DNA from: Candidatus Latescibacterota bacterium
GTDB lineage: Bacteria > Latescibacterota > UBA2968 > UBA8231
DNA length: 64,000 bases
Reading direction: 5' to 3'
NCBI GenBank assembly: GCA_965200315.1
Contig: OZ241362.1
Location: forward strand, 1,056,001 to 1,120,000
Shown: in pieces, positions 17,493-27,139 of the stretch
How positions within the stretch are numbered: the stretch's first letter is position 1
Layout: each line of letters opens with the position of its first letter
The notes under the pieces: generated by a model
What the model was told of the DNA's origin: nothing
The model's input: the letters and a program-made list of their open reading frames with translations, nothing else
Database searches by the model: none
Made by a program: the position numbers and the translations under genes

Positions 17493-19729
17493 TGCTGTAC
17501 TCGACCCTCTCCCTAGCCATCGTCGTATCCCTAACCGCCTGTACAGCTCCCGAACAAGCTCGGCCGTCCGCTGCGGGGACCCAGCGAATGGCCGAGCGTC
17601 TGCGACAAATTGCCCTCAACCGCAATCCGATTTCCAACATCTATCTGAACGACTTGCGAGTGGAGCACTTCAGCCGCTTACAGGAACGTTTATATCCCTT
17701 GGCCCGCCTGCGCACCCGGATTGTATTGGTCCGAGAGCGTCTGCGGGCCGGCCAGCCTCAGGCTTCTATTGACGAATTACACGCATTGCAGCCTGAAATC
17801 GAACAGCACCGAATCCGCACACAGCCGAGCCTAGACATGCTCTTGGGTATGGCCTATATGCGCTTGGGCGAGCAGGTCAATTGTCTAAAGGGTCATGCGA
17901 CCGCCGCGTGTCTATTCCCCATCGGCACCGACGGCGTTCACGCCGACCAGCGGGGATCGCGGATGGCCTTGTCCTACTTCACAGCCGTGCTGGAACAAAA
18001 TCCCGACGATTTGACCGCTCGCTGGCTCCTCAATATCGCTTATATGACCATCGGGAAGTACCCCGACCAAGTTCCGTCCCAGTGGCTTCTCGCGCCGTCG
18101 CTTTTTGCCTCCGAACACGACATCGGCCACTTTCCCGACATCGCTCCCTTCCTGAGGCTCGACTTGGTATCCCTAGCCGGCGGCAGCATCATGGACGACT
18201 TTGACAACGACGGCCTACTCGACCTAGTAATCTCGTCTTGGGCCCTAGAGGACCAACTCCGCTATTTTCGCAACCAAGGCGATGGCACCTTCAGCGAGCG
18301 CACCCAAGCAGTCGGTCTCGCCGGCCTCACCGGTGGTCTGCAACTGGTCCACGCCGACTTCGACAACGATAGCTGGCTCGATTTTCTGGTCCTGCGAGGG
18401 GCTTGGATGGGAGCTGACGGCCAGCACCCCAATTCGCTGGTGCGCAACCAAGGCGGCACCTTTGCCGACGTGACAGAAGCGACTCGCTTACTCAGTTTCC
18501 ATCCCACCCAGACCGCAGCTTGGGCCGACATGGACAACGATGGCTGGCTCGATCTCTTCATCGGCAACGAGACCTTTCTCGACGACGGCGATATCCACCC
18601 CAGCGAACTCTTCCACAACCAAGGCGACGGCACCTTCGCCGAAAAGGCCGCCTCGCTCGGGTTGGCCACTCAAGGCTTTGTCAAAGGCGCGACTTGGGGA
18701 GACTTTGACAACGATGGACAGGTCGATTTATACATCTCGCGTCTGATGGGCGACAATTTCCTCTTCCGCAACCGAGGGGCCGAAGCGGCTGAAGAGCCGC
18801 GCTTGGTCGATGTAGCTAGCCAAGCTGGGGTCGAGCAGCCGCACAACAGTTTCCCCACTTGGTTTTGGGACTTCGACAACGATGGCTGGCTCGATTTATT
18901 CGCTTCGGGTTATCACTACAATCCCGAAATCAACGCCGGGGATGTAGCAGCCGACTATCTGGGCCTGCCCACCAACGCCGAACGGGCCCGGCTTTTTCGC
19001 AATCGCGGCAACGGCACCTTTGCCGATGTCAGCGAGGGCCTCCACCTCCACAAAGTGCTCTATACGATGGGGTGCAATTACGTCGATCTAGACAACGACG
19101 GCTGGCTCGATTTTTATGCCGGCACGGGCGCGCCTTCTCTGAGCTCGGTGATGCCCAACCGCATGTTTCGCAACGCCGGAGGCCGGGTTTTTCAGGACGT
19201 CACCGCCGCGGGCGGCTTCGGCCATTTGCAGAAAGGGCACGGCGTGGCGGTCGGCGATTTGGACAACGATGGCGACCAAGATATCTACGCGGTCATAGGC
19301 GGATCCTATACGGGGGATAGCTTCCAGAATGTCCTCTTTGAAAATCCCGGCCACGGGAACCGCTGGATCGCCTTGCTGCTGGAGGGCACTCGAGCCAACC
19401 GCAGTGCCATTGGAGCTCGCGTCGCGGTCCAAGTGGAAACGGCCGCGGGCACTCGGTCAATCCACCGGACGGTGAGCAGCGGTGCCAGCTTCGGAGCTTC
19501 GAGCCTGCAACAGGAAATCGGTCTGGGACAGGCCAGCGCCATCCGGGAAATTGCGGTAATCTGGCCGGGCGAGGACGCGGCTCAGCGCTTTGCGGATGTT
19601 CCGCTGGACCAAGCTTATCGGGTGCGGCAAGGCGAAGCGGCCTTAATTCCACTCGTGCGGCAGTCCGTGTCTCTGGCACCCGAGCGGAATGGCGCGGCCC
19701 AAGGCCACCACAGCCTTGATCACAATTGA
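17489..19729 (+). CDS. CRTAC1/ASPIC-UnbV family protein with FG-GAP repeats, probable lipoprotein
   Basis: Repeated D(F/L)DNDGxLD motifs; C-terminal NRSAIGARV...GLG (ASPIC/UnbV); lipobox LTAC; ATGA overlap with addA. Confidence 0.88.
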   Translation: MMLYSTLSLAIVVSLTACTAPEQARPSAAGTQRMAERLRQIALNRNPISNIYLNDLRVEHFSRLQERLYPLARLRTRIVLVRERLRAGQPQASIDELHALQPEIEQHRIRTQPSLDMLLGMAYMRLGEQVNCLKGHATAACLFPIGTDGVHADQRGSRMALSYFTAVLEQNPDDLTARWLLNIAYMTIGKYPDQVPSQWLLAPSLFASEHDIGHFPDIAPFLRLDLVSLAGGSIMDDFDNDGLLDLVISSWALEDQLRYFRNQGDGTFSERTQAVGLAGLTGGLQLVHADFDNDSWLDFLVLRGAWMGADGQHPNSLVRNQGGTFADVTEATRLLSFHPTQTAAWADMDNDGWLDLFIGNETFLDDGDIHPSELFHNQGDGTFAEKAASLGLATQGFVKGATWGDFDNDGQVDLYISRLMGDNFLFRNRGAEAAEEPRLVDVASQAGVEQPHNSFPTWFWDFDNDGWLDLFASGYHYNPEINAGDVAADYLGLPTNAERARLFRNRGNGTFADVSEGLHLHKVLYTMGCNYVDLDNDGWLDFYAGTGAPSLSSVMPNRMFRNAGGRVFQDVTAAGGFGHLQKGHGVAVGDLDNDGDQDIYAVIGGSYTGDSFQNVLFENPGHGNRWIALLLEGTRANRSAIGARVAVQVETAAGTRSIHRTVSSGASFGASSLQQEIGLGQASAIREIAVIWPGEDAAQRFADVPLDQAYRVRQGEAALIPLVRQSVSLAPERNGAAQGHHSLDHN

Positions 19730-19760
19730 CGAGCCTGCTAAGTGAGTATGAAGCGACAAT

Positions 19761-19994
19761 TCAGTTATTCGCCCCTCCCATCCCTCCCTGCATCGCCGCG
19801 GCGCGGACCAAAACCGCCAGCACTTCTTCGCGCAGGGCCTCTGGCAAGGCCGCGAAGTCGATCGGTATAGCTCTGTGCGGCAACTCGGTTCGACTCTTGT
19901 TCCACCCATCTTCTGCGCGGCACCACCGGATTACCAAACCATTGCCCAAGCGGACGAAATACGCCCCGTCATCTGTGTAAAGTGTCGCTTGCAT
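19761..19994 (-). CDS. Small hypothetical protein (77 aa)
   Basis: G-rich SD (GCGGGGG) before ATG; fills the gap between CRTAC1 and pgi. Confidence 0.55.
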   Translation of the reverse strand: MQATLYTDDGAYFVRLGNGLVIRWCRAEDGWNKSRTELPHRAIPIDFAALPEALREEVLAVLVRAAAMQGGMGGANN

Positions 19995-20079
19995 AGAATC
20001 CCCCCGCTAAATTGCGTCGTTTGCTTTCCCTACTCGACTGCGTACTTTTTTAAGCATTCCCAACTCAGCAGACAAATCA

Positions 20080-20143
20080 GTGGTTAGTGGCCAGTCCCTC
20101 CGGGCGAGCACTAACCACTAATCACTAACCACTAATCACTAAT
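20080..20143. repeat. Five CACTAA(C/T) heptamers with an inverted arm, hairpin-forming
   Basis: 20109-20143 CACTAAC CACTAAT CACTAAC CACTAAT CACTAAT; GTGGTTAGTG at 20080-20089 is complementary to 20109-20118. Confidence 0.85.
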
Positions 20144-20144
20144 C

Positions 20145-21821
20145 ATGCAGTTTTCAGTCCTTCAGGCCCCACCCGCCTTTAACGCACACCTACGCCGCGC
20201 CGAGCGCATCTATCCCCGCATCCTCGCACGCGATCACACGATCTGGCGACCGGACCCAACCGAGATTGCCAATCGGCTCGGATGGCTCGATAGCCCGCGC
20301 GTTATGCGGGACGCCATCGGCCCCATCCACCAATTCATCGACGCCGTCCGCGCCGCTGGCTACACCCATGCCCTGCTGCTGGGCATGGGCGGCTCTAGCC
20401 TCACGCCAGAAGTTTTCCGCGAAGTCTTTGGCGTGGCCGATGGATTTCTCGATCTCTCAGTCCTCGACAGCACCCAGCCCGACGCCGTCTTGGCCAAGGC
20501 GCACGCTCTCGACCCCGCCCGCACCCTATTTCTCCCGGCCACCAAGTCCGGCGGCACCGTAGAGACGCTGTCCTTGCTCAAGTACTTCTACAATCGCACA
20601 GCGGATGCCCTCGGGCCAGAAGAGGCCGGACAGCACTTCGCCGCCATCACCGACCCAAGCAGCGGCCTCGAAGCCCTCGCGCAAAGCCTCGGCTTCCGCC
20701 ACATCTTCCGCAACGACCCCAACATCGGCGGGCGCTACTCAGCCCTGTCTTACTATGGCTTGGTTGCGGCTGGTGCCATTGGTGTCGATCTCGGCCGCCT
20801 GCTCAACCGGGCCGAGCAAGCCCTCGACGATCCGCAACCGGGCATTCAACTCGGATCCTTTCTCGGCGCGGGGGCCCTCGCCGGTCGCGACAAGCTAACC
20901 CTCATCGCTTCGCCAGCCATCAGCGCAGTTGGTGCTTGGGTCGAACAACTCATCGCCGAGAGCACCGGCAAAGACGGCACGGGCCTGCTGCCAGTCAATC
21001 TAGAGCCTGAATGTTCAGCCCACACCTACGGACCCGACCGGCTCTTCGTCCATCTGCGCTTGGACGATGCAGCCGATGCCCGCGCCCAAGCCATTGCCGC
21101 AGCCGGGCACCCAGTCTTGTGCCTCCAGCTAGCAGACGCTTACGATCTCGGCGCGGCCTTCTTGCACTGGGAAATTGCCACGTCCATCGCCGGATTCTTT
21201 CTCGACATCCATCCCTTCGATCAGCCCGATGTCGAGGCGGCCAAGGAACTGGCCCGCCAGATGGTGGCCGCCTACCAGCAGCGCGGCGCGCTACCCGCCC
21301 CCGCGCCCGACCTCGTCGATGGCCTCGCGCTATACGGACCAGTGCAGGGCACCACCCTATCACAGGCCCTAGCGCACTTTCTGGCAAGCGGCGAGCCGGG
21401 ACGCGCCTACATTGCCCTGCAGGCATATCTCCCGCCGGCCCCGGCAACCACCGCCGCCCTCCAAGACCTGCGCCGCCAGCTACTAGCGCGCACCGGCCTA
21501 GCCACGACCCTCGGCTTTGGCCCGCGCTTCCTGCACTCAACCGGCCAACTACACAAGGGCGACGCCGGACGCGGACTTTTCATTCAGCTAACAGCCGATG
21601 CAGTAGAAGACGCGCCGATTCCCGACCAAGCCGGGGCGGCGGATTCTAGCATCACCTTCGGCGTCCTCGCTCAAGCCCAAGCCCTCGGAGACCGCCAAGC
21701 CCTCGTCGATCGAGGGCGGGCCGTACTTGGCATCCATCTAGGCGCGGACATCGCCGCGGGCCTTGCCCAGTTGCGCCGCGTTTTAGACCCGAACAACGAC
21801 CCCACAGGAGGAGTCCAATGA
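20145..21821 (+). CDS. pgi: Glucose-6-phosphate isomerase (Tal-Pgi C-terminal type)
   Basis: LGMGGSSL, TKSGGTVET, IGGRYSALS, QLIAESTGK, PFDQPDVEAAK, GPRFLHSTGQLHKG. Confidence 0.9.
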   Translation: MQFSVLQAPPAFNAHLRRAERIYPRILARDHTIWRPDPTEIANRLGWLDSPRVMRDAIGPIHQFIDAVRAAGYTHALLLGMGGSSLTPEVFREVFGVADGFLDLSVLDSTQPDAVLAKAHALDPARTLFLPATKSGGTVETLSLLKYFYNRTADALGPEEAGQHFAAITDPSSGLEALAQSLGFRHIFRNDPNIGGRYSALSYYGLVAAGAIGVDLGRLLNRAEQALDDPQPGIQLGSFLGAGALAGRDKLTLIASPAISAVGAWVEQLIAESTGKDGTGLLPVNLEPECSAHTYGPDRLFVHLRLDDAADARAQAIAAAGHPVLCLQLADAYDLGAAFLHWEIATSIAGFFLDIHPFDQPDVEAAKELARQMVAAYQQRGALPAPAPDLVDGLALYGPVQGTTLSQALAHFLASGEPGRAYIALQAYLPPAPATTAALQDLRRQLLARTGLATTLGFGPRFLHSTGQLHKGDAGRGLFIQLTADAVEDAPIPDQAGAADSSITFGVLAQAQALGDRQALVDRGRAVLGIHLGADIAAGLAQLRRVLDPNNDPTGGVQ

Positions 21822-23272
21822 GCCGAGCAGACATCGGCCTAATCGGCCTAGCCGTAATGGGCGAAAACCTCGTCCTCAACATGGCTAGCCACGGTTTCAC
21901 TGTTGCCGTTTACAACCGCACAACCACCAAGGTCGATGCCTTTATGGCCAGTCGCGGCCGCGGCCAATCCATCATCGGCACCCACTCGCCAGCCGAACTG
22001 CTCGCCCAGCTCAAAAAGCCGCGCCGCGTGATGCTAATGGTGCAAGCCGGTCAAGCCGTGGACCGCGTCATAGCCGAGCTCGTGCCCTTGCTCGACCGCG
22101 GCGACATCCTCATCGATGGCGGCAACTCCAACTACCAAGACACGACTCGCCGCACCCAAGAGCTAGCGGCCAAAGGCTTGCTTTACGTGGGCACCGGCGT
22201 CTCCGGCGGAGAGGAGGGCGCGCTCAAAGGCCCGAGCATCATGCCCGGTGGCAACCCCGCCGCTTGGCCCCACATCAAAGACCTCTTTCAAGCCATTGCC
22301 GCCAAAGTAGAAGACAACAGCCCTTGTTGCGATTGGGTCGGCCGCGACGGCGCTGGACATTACGTGAAAATGGTCCACAACGGCATCGAGTACGGCGACA
22401 TGCAGATGATCGCCGAGGCTTATGCCCTGATGCGCGAGGGGCTCGGCATTGAGCCGCAGGAACAGAGCGAAATTTTCCAGCAGTGGAACGAGGGCGAACT
22501 CGACAGCTATCTCATCGAAATCACCAGCCACATCCTCGCCAAGCTCGACGACGAAACCGGCCATCCGATGGTCGATGTAATACTCGACGCAGCCGGCCAA
22601 AAGGGCACCGGCAAGTGGACCGGCATCGACGCCCTGCAATTGGGTGCTCCAGTAACTGCCATCACCGAGGCGGTCTTCAGCCGCGCCCTATCCTTCCTCA
22701 AAGACGAGCGCGTAGCTGCGGCCGGCATCCTCCAGGGCCCGGATGCTTCGTTTACTGGAGACAAAGAAACTTTTGTCGCAGATATCCGCCGAGCCCTGTA
22801 CGCGGCCAAAATTTGTTCCTACGCCCAAGGCTATCAGTTGCTCGCCCTCGCCGCCCGCGAGTATGGCTGGGAACTCAACTACGGAGGCATCGCTTTGCTG
22901 TGGCGCGGCGGGTGCATTATTCGCGCCCAGTTTTTGGGCCGCATCAAGGAAGCCTTTGACGCGGACCCAACGCTGGCCAATTTGCTGCTCGCTCCTTACT
23001 TCAGCTCAGCACTCGCACAAACTCAAGCGTCGTGGCGCAGCGTCGTGGCCACGGCTGCGACCCTCGGCATCCCCGTGCCGACCTTGGCCAGCGCCCTCGC
23101 TTACTACGATGGGTACCGCTCTGCCCGCCTGCCCGCCAACCTACTCCAAGCCCAGCGCGACTACTTTGGTGCCCACACCTATGAGCGCACCGACAAGCCG
23201 CGCGGCACGTTCTTTCACACCAATTGGACCGGGCGCGGGGGAACGACGGCATCGACGGCTTACAACGCCTAG
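21818..23272 (+). CDS. gnd: NADP-dependent 6-phosphogluconate dehydrogenase
   Basis: IGLIGLAVMGENL, GVSGGEEGA, VKMVHNGIEYGDMQ, QAQRDYFGAHTYER. Confidence 0.97.
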   Translation: MSRADIGLIGLAVMGENLVLNMASHGFTVAVYNRTTTKVDAFMASRGRGQSIIGTHSPAELLAQLKKPRRVMLMVQAGQAVDRVIAELVPLLDRGDILIDGGNSNYQDTTRRTQELAAKGLLYVGTGVSGGEEGALKGPSIMPGGNPAAWPHIKDLFQAIAAKVEDNSPCCDWVGRDGAGHYVKMVHNGIEYGDMQMIAEAYALMREGLGIEPQEQSEIFQQWNEGELDSYLIEITSHILAKLDDETGHPMVDVILDAAGQKGTGKWTGIDALQLGAPVTAITEAVFSRALSFLKDERVAAAGILQGPDASFTGDKETFVADIRRALYAAKICSYAQGYQLLALAAREYGWELNYGGIALLWRGGCIIRAQFLGRIKEAFDADPTLANLLLAPYFSSALAQTQASWRSVVATAATLGIPVPTLASALAYYDGYRSARLPANLLQAQRDYFGAHTYERTDKPRGTFFHTNWTGRGGTTASTAYNA

Positions 23273-23558
23273 CGCAAAAATGTGCGGTAAAAGCTGTAAT
23301 GACATGCGCAATTTGTCGCATACAGCAGCTAGCAATCTATTCATAAAACAACCTCTGTTATCGTCCTTTGTTTGGACCGACAATAGGGCCTCGTCTCTAA
23401 TAAGCCGGTAGAGGATGGGCATACTTGCTGCACCTTCTTTTGCTATTTTTGGGTTGGCGCACAATACCATTCTAGGGTGCATTTGCTAAATACTATAATT
23501 TTTTTAAATTTGGAAATGTCGTACATACACTTACTTACTTGAGATGAAAGGATTTTTT

Positions 23559-24050
23559 ATGCCGACCCTCGCAACTCTACTAAAGGAAGAGATCAGCAAG
23601 ATCGCCCACAAAATCGTCCGCAAAGAATTGCAAGATCAAGTGCGCGAACTCAAGCAAACAGTGCGCGAACAGCACGATGCAATCGCTCGCTTAGAAAAGC
23701 AACTCGGCTCAACAAAGGCCAAAGCCCCTGCCAAAGCCCCTGCCAAAGCCCCCGCCAAAACAGCTACCAAAACAGCCGCCAAGACAACCACCAAAACAGC
23801 CGCCAAAACCAGCAAAGCATCCGCAGGCGACAAGAGAAAACAACCCCGCATCTCACCAAATACAATCAAGAAGCATCGCAAGCGCCTCAAGCTCTCCCAA
23901 GCCGATCTCGGCAAGCTACTCAATGTTAGCACCAACACCGTTCTGCGCTGGGAAGCGGGCACCTCTAAACCGCGTAGTAAGCACCTCCCGGTACTTAGTC
24001 AACTCCGCTCCATAAGTATGCGGGAACTCAAAAAGCAACTCGGCCAATAA
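23559..24050 (+). CDS. XRE HTH DNA-binding protein with N-terminal coiled coil and Lys/Ala-rich linker
   Basis: MPTLATLLKEEISKIA...; KAPA/KTAA repeats; IKKHRKRLKLSQADLGKLLNVSTNTVLRWEAG. Confidence 0.85.
   Translation: MPTLATLLKEEISKIAHKIVRKELQDQVRELKQTVREQHDAIARLEKQLGSTKAKAPAKAPAKAPAKTATKTAAKTTTKTAAKTSKASAGDKRKQPRISPNTIKKHRKRLKLSQADLGKLLNVSTNTVLRWEAGTSKPRSKHLPVLSQLRSISMRELKKQLGQ
23718..23818 (+). repeat. 12-bp coding tandem repeat (AKAP/AKTA)
   Basis: GCCAAAGCCCC(T/C) three times, then degenerate (G/A)CCAA(A/G)ACA units. Confidence 0.8.
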
Positions 24051-24072
24051 CAGGCTTACTTACAGAACAAAC

Positions 24073-24113
24073 AAAACCCCTTAATCCGTCTGTGCGGGCT
24101 AGGGGTTTTTTTT
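24073..24113. terminator. Probable bidirectional intrinsic terminator
   Basis: AAAACCCCT...AGGGGTTTTTTTT between convergent genes. Confidence 0.75.
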
Positions 24114-24124
24114 ACGACCTATTA

Positions 24125-24946
24125 CTACTGCCAACGCGCTATATAGTCGCCCATCTGCTGCTGCAATTCCACATTGTCGCGTTTAGCGGCTCCGCGCTCG
24201 ACAATCCGTGCCTTGCGCAACAGCATAGCGCGCGCAGCCGCAGCGCGATCCGCTGCAAGTTGCAACTCCTCGCTCAGTAACTTGTCGAGTGCGTACACGC
24301 GAAAGCGGTCCATCGCGTAGTGCGCCTGCGATAGTTGATCGGCGTGGCCGCCGTATTTGCGGATGAGTTTCTCTGCCAAATAGACTACCTCATAGCGACA
24401 AGTAATCCGCAGCCAAAATTCGTAGTCCTCGCAGGCGGGTAGGCCTTCGTCAAACAAACCAACGTCCGCAAAGACCTCGCGGTGAATTGCAATTGACGAA
24501 GGAGACATAACACACAAGGGCAAAGCCCTAAAGAAAATGTCGCCGCCGTATTTCTGGTGATGTTTGTGGGGATTAACTCGCACGCCATTGCGGATCCAGA
24601 CCTCATCGGTGTGGCAGATCAACAATCCGCTCTCGCGCAGGGCCGCTGCTTGGCGTGCGAGTTTGTTGGGCAACCACTCGTCGTCCGAGTCGAGCAGGGC
24701 CATCCACTCGCCTTCGGCTACCGCGATCCCGCGATTGCGTGCGGCAGAGACCCCGCGATTTTCTGCCAAGATCACTATTTTGACCGCGTCGCCAAATTCC
24801 TCGCGCACTTGCTCGGGCGTACCGTCGTCGGAGGCGTCGTCCACCACAATCACCTCAAAGTCTGCACCCTGCTGAGCCAGTACCGAACGGATCGCCCGGC
24901 CGACCAACGCACGGCGATTGTACGCGGGAATGACAACCGAGAACAC
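24125..24946 (-). CDS. Glycosyltransferase family 2
   Basis: SVVIPAYNR, VVDDASDDGT, GVSAARNRG, LDSDDEW, CEDYEFWLR. Confidence 0.92.
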   Translation of the reverse strand: MFSVVIPAYNRRALVGRAIRSVLAQQGADFEVIVVDDASDDGTPEQVREEFGDAVKIVILAENRGVSAARNRGIAVAEGEWMALLDSDDEWLPNKLARQAAALRESGLLICHTDEVWIRNGVRVNPHKHHQKYGGDIFFRALPLCVMSPSSIAIHREVFADVGLFDEGLPACEDYEFWLRITCRYEVVYLAEKLIRKYGGHADQLSQAHYAMDRFRVYALDKLLSEELQLAADRAAAARAMLLRKARIVERGAAKRDNVELQQQMGDYIARWQ

Positions 24947-24949
24947 GGC

Positions 24950-27076
24950 TCAGCTACCACTAGCGAGCACAGCGGCCGCGTCTAGTTTTTCGATGACCAT
25001 TTCTGCCGTAATAACCTCGGGCAACACCAGCGGTTGGTCGATAAGACCGGCGGGAAAGATCACATACAAGGGCACCCCAGAGCGCCCAAAGGCGCGCAAG
25101 AGCTGAGTGATCTCGGGATTGCGGTTGGTCCAATCGGCTTTGACTAGGGCCACATTGTGCGCGGCAAACCGCTCGCGAACCACTTGCTGCGCCAGCACTA
25201 CCCGCTCGTTGACCTTGCAAGTCCAGCACCACTCGGCTGTAAAGTCGATAAAGACCGTCTGCCCGCCCGCGACCAACTCCTCGACGTGCGCGGCGCTAAA
25301 TGGCTGCCAGTCTAGGGAGGGCGTGGCAGCCTGCTCGGATAGCGTCTGCTCGGCGGCCAACAGCGGATGGATAAAGATCACATAGCTGCCCAAAACCAGC
25401 ATCAGCGCCACCGCTCGGGCCAGCAGTTTTGCGGGATTGGCATGCAGGAAACTGCCCCATTGCCCCCAGACCCAGCAGGCCAGACCCAGACCCAGCAAAA
25501 AGGCCCCCGTCCACACCACGCCTTCGACGCCGACCTGATTGCCTAAAACCCAGAGCAACCACAGCACCGTGGCCATCAGCAAAAAGCCCATTAACTGCTT
25601 AAAGCGCACCATCCAAGGCCCGGGCTTGGGCAAGCGCCCTATCCACGCCGGCTTGATCGCCAGCATCACATACGGCAGGGCCATACCCGCGCCAATCGCC
25701 AAAAAGACCGCGATGACGACGCCGACCGGCTGGGCAAAGGCAAACCCCAGCGCGGTCCCCAAAAAGGGCGCAGTGCAGGGCGTGGCCAGAATCGTCGCGA
25801 GCACGCCGTTGAGAAAGGATCCTGTCAACCCCTCGCGTCCCTCTAACCCCCCCAAGCTACTAGTCCCCGGCAGCAGGATCTCATAGACACCGAACAAACT
25901 TAAGGCCAATGCAAAAACCAAGGCGCTCATCGCCACCACAAAACCCGGGTACTGAAATTGAAAACCCCAGCCGATCTGCTCACCGCTGCTTTTGACCAAG
26001 AGCACTGCGAGCGCCAGCGCCAAAAAAGTAGCTATAATACCAGCGCAAAACGCCCACCCTAGCTGCTGCACCCGCTTGGTCTCTTCGCCGGATTGCTTGA
26101 CAAAACCGAGCACCTTGAGCGAGATGACCGGCAACACGCAAGGCATCAAATTGAGGATCAACCCACCTAACGCCGCAAAGGCGATATAGACCCACAATGA
26201 CCGGGCGACCTCTCCGCTAGCTGCGCGGTAATCCCGCGCCAAGATTCCCTCTCCCTGGCGCGGCGCAGCGCGCAAATCCAACGCCAGCGTCCCAGCTTGC
26301 ACCTCGCCATCTAGCCCATAGACGAGCACTCCGTGCAACGCATCAACTGCGGCGGCACCGTGGGGTTCGACAGACAGCACGAGGTGATCGGCAGCTAGAC
26401 GCCGAGTGGAAAGCGCAAAATCGTCGGCTGCCAGCGGATAAAAGTCGGGCACCTGTTCGCCCTGATCCAAAGCCTTTCCCTCGTAGGCAAGGCGCACATC
26501 AACCTCCACAACCCCCTCGCCCCGCACGGCAAGTTCTACCGCAACGCGCTCGTCCAACGCGCCCGGCACTTGCGCTGCATAGCGGTCAAATTGCGCCTGC
26601 TGGGCACTCGGCTTGCCGACGGCAGCTACCGGCAGCGCCAACGTCAACGATGCTCCTCCGGGGATGCACAGCTCGCGGCACACCAGCCAAGAGACCTCGG
26701 CTGCAAGGTGCAGCGTATCCCCTGCTGCCAATTCCTGCGGCGCAGTGGCCTCGGCCATGAGCAACACTTCGTCGGCATACCCATAGACCACCAGTTCCCC
26801 TTGTTCCTCGAATTTGTTGGGCAAGGGCCATTGCAACGGCCCTGCCACAACGCCGGCAGGTAGCTGCCACTCGATTTCAATGGGTAAACCGGCGTCGCCG
26901 CTAAAAAGCCAGTAGGTGTGCCATTTCTCCTCCATCCTCAGCTCGACCCCCAGCCGAAAGGATTGACCGGGCACCACGGCATCTACATCGGCCAAAAAAT
27001 TGGCCCGCACCGGATGGTCGTCGGCATGGAGCTGCCCACAGAGTGCTAAGATGAGAAGCAGGACAAAATTGTACAT
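24950..27076 (-). CDS. dsbD: DsbD-family protein-disulfide reductase (N-terminal domain + TM domain + thioredoxin)
   Basis: WHTYW, CRELCIP, LNLMPCVLPV, ATPCTAPF, FTAEWCWTC. Confidence 0.9.
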   Translation of the reverse strand: MYNFVLLLILALCGQLHADDHPVRANFLADVDAVVPGQSFRLGVELRMEEKWHTYWLFSGDAGLPIEIEWQLPAGVVAGPLQWPLPNKFEEQGELVVYGYADEVLLMAEATAPQELAAGDTLHLAAEVSWLVCRELCIPGGASLTLALPVAAVGKPSAQQAQFDRYAAQVPGALDERVAVELAVRGEGVVEVDVRLAYEGKALDQGEQVPDFYPLAADDFALSTRRLAADHLVLSVEPHGAAAVDALHGVLVYGLDGEVQAGTLALDLRAAPRQGEGILARDYRAASGEVARSLWVYIAFAALGGLILNLMPCVLPVISLKVLGFVKQSGEETKRVQQLGWAFCAGIIATFLALALAVLLVKSSGEQIGWGFQFQYPGFVVAMSALVFALALSLFGVYEILLPGTSSLGGLEGREGLTGSFLNGVLATILATPCTAPFLGTALGFAFAQPVGVVIAVFLAIGAGMALPYVMLAIKPAWIGRLPKPGPWMVRFKQLMGFLLMATVLWLLWVLGNQVGVEGVVWTGAFLLGLGLACWVWGQWGSFLHANPAKLLARAVALMLVLGSYVIFIHPLLAAEQTLSEQAATPSLDWQPFSAAHVEELVAGGQTVFIDFTAEWCWTCKVNERVVLAQQVVRERFAAHNVALVKADWTNRNPEITQLLRAFGRSGVPLYVIFPAGLIDQPLVLPEVITAEMVIEKLDAAAVLASGS

Positions 27077-27139
27077 GGGAGCCTCGAAAGGGAATGGGGC
27101 CGTTCGGTTGCCCCTACATAGGCGCGGGCTAAAAGGCGA

